From Octopus sinensis (Eukaryota), in NCBI RefSeq assembly GCF_006345805.1, contig NW_021836422.1, positions 1-24,325 on the forward strand: DNA of 24,325 nucleotides. The letters run 5' to 3'. Both the position numbers and the translations under genes were made by a program. Below are positions 21,635 through 24,325 of the stretch, piece after piece (within the stretch, counting starts at the first letter, position 1; each line of letters starts with the position of its first letter). The notes beneath the pieces were generated by a model. That model ran no database searches. It saw only the letters and a program-made list of their open reading frames with translations, and was not told the origin of the DNA.

Positions 21635-21906
21635 GATAAACGTCGCCCTTTTCAAGCCTAGCTAGGCTCATGGGCCCGGTTTCCCGGTTTCTGTGGCGTA
21701 TGTGTTCCCTCCAGCTGGACAGGACGCCAGTCCATCGCAGCGTTACTCAAGAAACAGGAAGAAAGAGTAAGAGAAAGTTGTGGTCCCCAGCACCCCCTGC
21801 CGGATTATTGTGGAGCTTTTAGGCGTTTTCGCTCAATAAAACACACAACGCCCGGTCTGTGAATCGAAACCGCGAGTCCACTTCCCTAACCACTGGGCCT
21901 CCGCCA
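21631..21906 (-). mobile_element. tRNA-derived SINE, family C, near full length
   Basis: Minus strand has GGCCCAGTGG (A box) and GGTTTCGATTCAC (B box). Body ends GCGATGGACTGGCGTCCTGTCCAG..CAGAAACCGGGAAACCGGGCCCATGAGCC, which from memory resembles conserved central domains of Deu/Nin- or V-type SINEs. Flanked by (TA)n on both sides. Confidence 0.88.
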
Positions 21907-21907
21907 T

Positions 21908-21981
<74 letters not shown>

Positions 21982-22069
21982 TATACATAAATAACACCTC
22001 TGTGTGCTTTGGGTGTGTGCTGCGGTTTGATGTAATGCTCTTATGGTTACAGTATGAAAGTGTTTTGCG

Positions 22070-22330
22070 TAGGATATTATTATTATTATTTATAGTAGTA
22101 GTATCATCATTATTATTATTGTTATTATCACCATTATTATTATTATTATCATCATTATTATTAGTAGTTGTAGTATTAATATGATTATGATTACCATCAT
22201 CATCATCGTCATCATCATCATTATTTACTAATATTACGTTTGAAACAATTATCAACTTGAAGATGCTCATCATCGTCTCTGTTATTACTTTGAATGTTAT
22301 TACTCTTGCTATTACTAATGTCAGCTTTCG
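22070..22330. repeat. (ATT/AGT/ATC)n array decaying rightwards
   Basis: Direct reading. Confidence 0.85.
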
Positions 22331-22699
22331 CATTTCTCAGCAACCCCGTCACCACCATCTCTCTCACAAGTGTTGCCAGAACCACTGCATTATCGCTAAA
22401 ATCCCTAATGAGGTGAGAATAACCAGTTTCATTTATTTCGTTTTTAATTGTTCCTTTGATTGATTGAACTTATTTTTTCATTATTTGTTGTAATTTTGAA
22501 TTCGTTCGTAATGAAGCAATTTAAAATCCATCCCCGACCATTATGGTACAACCCACCGTGCAACCTACCAACGTCTACCAGCCGACGCCGTCGTTATTAT
22601 AGCGTTCAGCAGTCTTGTAACCAAGTTAAATCAACTACTGACCTTTACTTTACATCAGTAAATTGCAGTCCGACAAAAGAAAAACGGAAGAAAACTTAC

Positions 22700-22911
22700 A
22701 GATATGTATATTCATACGTATGCACACATTCATATACACATGAATGTGAATTTATACATATACACATATGTGTGTGTGTGTTTGTGTGTGTCTGTGTGTA
22801 AGAGAGTATATACATGTATATGAGAGTGCGATTGGTTGAGGAATATCTATTTATGAATGTATTTTGAATAGATATATGAACGTACGTGTATGCATATATA
22901 TATATTATATA

Positions 22912-22949
<38 letters not shown>

Positions 22950-22974
22950 CTATATACATATATCTGTACGCATG

Positions 22975-23021
<47 letters not shown>

Positions 23022-23080
23022 CACAACATATATATATATATATTTACACACATACAGACATTCATACATATATAATTTTG
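22700..23080. repeat. Compound (TA)n/(TG)n/(CA)n region
   Basis: Direct reading. Confidence 0.9.
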
Positions 23081-23174
23081 TAAATGACAAATAAATATTC
23101 ATTAAAATTCCCAAACTTAATAACCGAGAATTTTGCGTTTAAATTAAGTTTGAATCGGTTGGCTGGAGATAAAG

Positions 23175-23203
23175 AATACTAATAATAATAAGAATAATAA
23201 TAA

Positions 23204-23234
<31 letters not shown>

Positions 23235-23327
23235 AAGAAGAAGAAGAAGAAGAAGAAGAAGAATAGTAATAGTAATAATAATAATAATAACAACAACAAC
23301 AACAATAGTAATAATAATAATAATAAT

Positions 23328-23395
<68 letters not shown>
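23175..23395. repeat. Compound (AAT)-(AAG)-(AGT)-(AAC)-(AAT) array, continuous with the tail of the adjacent minus-strand SINE
   Basis: Direct reading. Abuts the SINE 3' end at 23396. Confidence 0.95.
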
Positions 23396-23568
23396 TTTTC
23401 AAATTTTGCCAAGAGAGCAACAATTTTGAGGGAAGAGATGAGTGGATTACATCGTCCCAGAGGAAGTGAAGGGCAAAGTTGACCGCGGTGGAATTTGAAC
23501 TCAGGTCGTAGCGTCGGGTGAAATACCGCTAAGCATTTCGCCCAGCGAACTGCAAGAATTTCGCCGCC
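23396..23568 (-). mobile_element. SINE family A, internally deleted
   Basis: TTTTCAAATTTTGCCAAGAG..GATTACATCG..GGGCAAAGTTGACC..GGAATTTGAACTCAG..AAATACCGCTAAGCATTTCGCCC..CGCCGCC. Confidence 0.85.
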
Positions 23569-23690
23569 GACCTTGAAAGGATGGAAGATAAACTCGACCT
23601 CAACGGAATTCAATTTCAGAGCATAAAAACGGCCAAAACAATGTTAAGTATTTTCTCTGGTGGGTTACCGATCCTGCTATTTCACCGCCT
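23569..23690 (-). mobile_element. SINE family A 5' half, diverged
   Basis: GAAAGGATGGAAGATAAACTCGACCTC..GGAATTCAATTTCAG..TTCACCGCC. Confidence 0.75.
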
Positions 23691-23705
23691 TTTTAATAAT
23701 AATGC

Positions 23706-23805
23706 AATTGGTTTCAACTTTCGGCACAAAGCCAGTAATTTACGGGGATAAACTATGTTGATTACAGCGCCTCCAGTGCTCATATGATACTTACTTTATT
23801 GACAC
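23706..23805 (-). mobile_element. SINE family A 3' half, diverged
   Basis: ATTGGTTTCAACTTTCGGCACAAAGCCAGTAATTT..GATTACA..CCAGTGCTCA..TACTTACTTTATTGAC. Confidence 0.7.
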
Positions 23806-23859
23806 TGGTGGAGGGGGGGGTTGAAACTTTTGCGGGTAAATAGGGTTAACGGTAAAAAC

Positions 23860-23970
23860 ATGATGATGATGATGATGATGACTACGACGACGACGATGAT
23901 GATGATGATGATGATGGTGATGTTGCTGCTCGTGGTGGTCGGGGGAGGGTTATGATGATGACCATTATTA
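23860..23970. repeat. (GAT/GAC/GGT)n array
   Basis: Direct reading. Confidence 0.9.
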
Positions 23971-24285
23971 TGGTCGTGATCATGACACTTTACCCAGCTG
24001 TGGAAATAGTGATAGCGCTTATATTGCATCAGTTGTGAAATAGGCTCTGTGAAGAATGCAGCAGGAATACAAACATCATAGTCTCTATACCGATCCAAAC
24101 AGAAAGGCAGTTGAATGGTGAAGTGTTGCGTTTTCTGTGGAACCATCGTGAAAAGCAGTCACGCATAGAGTAATGGTGTTACTGTCAGCGGTGATAACAC
24201 ATCTCCAAGCCTGAAGGAGAAACGATCCTTTGCAGGCATTACTATGTTGATAAGACTTTCGTTGCAAAACTACGTAGTTTCAGCT

Positions 24286-24325
24286 TTAGTATTTTGTCTG
24301 TCTTTACGTTCTGAGTTCAAATTCC
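24286..24325 (+). mobile_element. SINE family A head fragment, cut by the window edge
   Basis: GTATTTTGTCTGTCTTTACGTTCTGAGTTCAAATTCC matches 2756-2793. Confidence 0.8.

Noticed and set aside
24060-24260. FLWN..RI and ..AGIT peptides reminiscent of L1/Tx1 ORF2
   Set aside because: The two motifs are in different frames with the wrong spacing, and there is no other LINE similarity.

Overview
This is AT-rich, microsatellite-saturated animal genomic DNA, almost certainly from a cephalopod (Octopus). The assignment rests on my recognition from memory of three high-copy tRNA-derived SINE families and other octopus interspersed repeats, not on a database search. I can support no host protein-coding gene, so the window looks intronic or intergenic. 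Nearly all ORFs in the supplied track are translations of (TA)n, (CA)n, (GATA)n, (AAT)n, (GAT)n or (AAG)n arrays. The one ORF with real protein signal (16314-16628, +) encodes tandem C2H2 zinc fingers with the CxxCxRxCxSxxGLxxH signature followed by an RTE-type 3' stem-loop, consistent with the 3' end of a 5'-truncated RTE-clade LINE. Other notable items are a variant minimal hammerhead-ribozyme-like motif in a Penelope-type repeat (18690-18725, -), a near-perfect ~56-bp-arm hairpin (15968-16093), a second hammerhead-like core (14217-14251), about a dozen SINE copies or fragments including inverted and tandem arrangements, and a few isolated YY1/ETS-like motifs. Repeat boundaries and identities were read by eye and are approximate.
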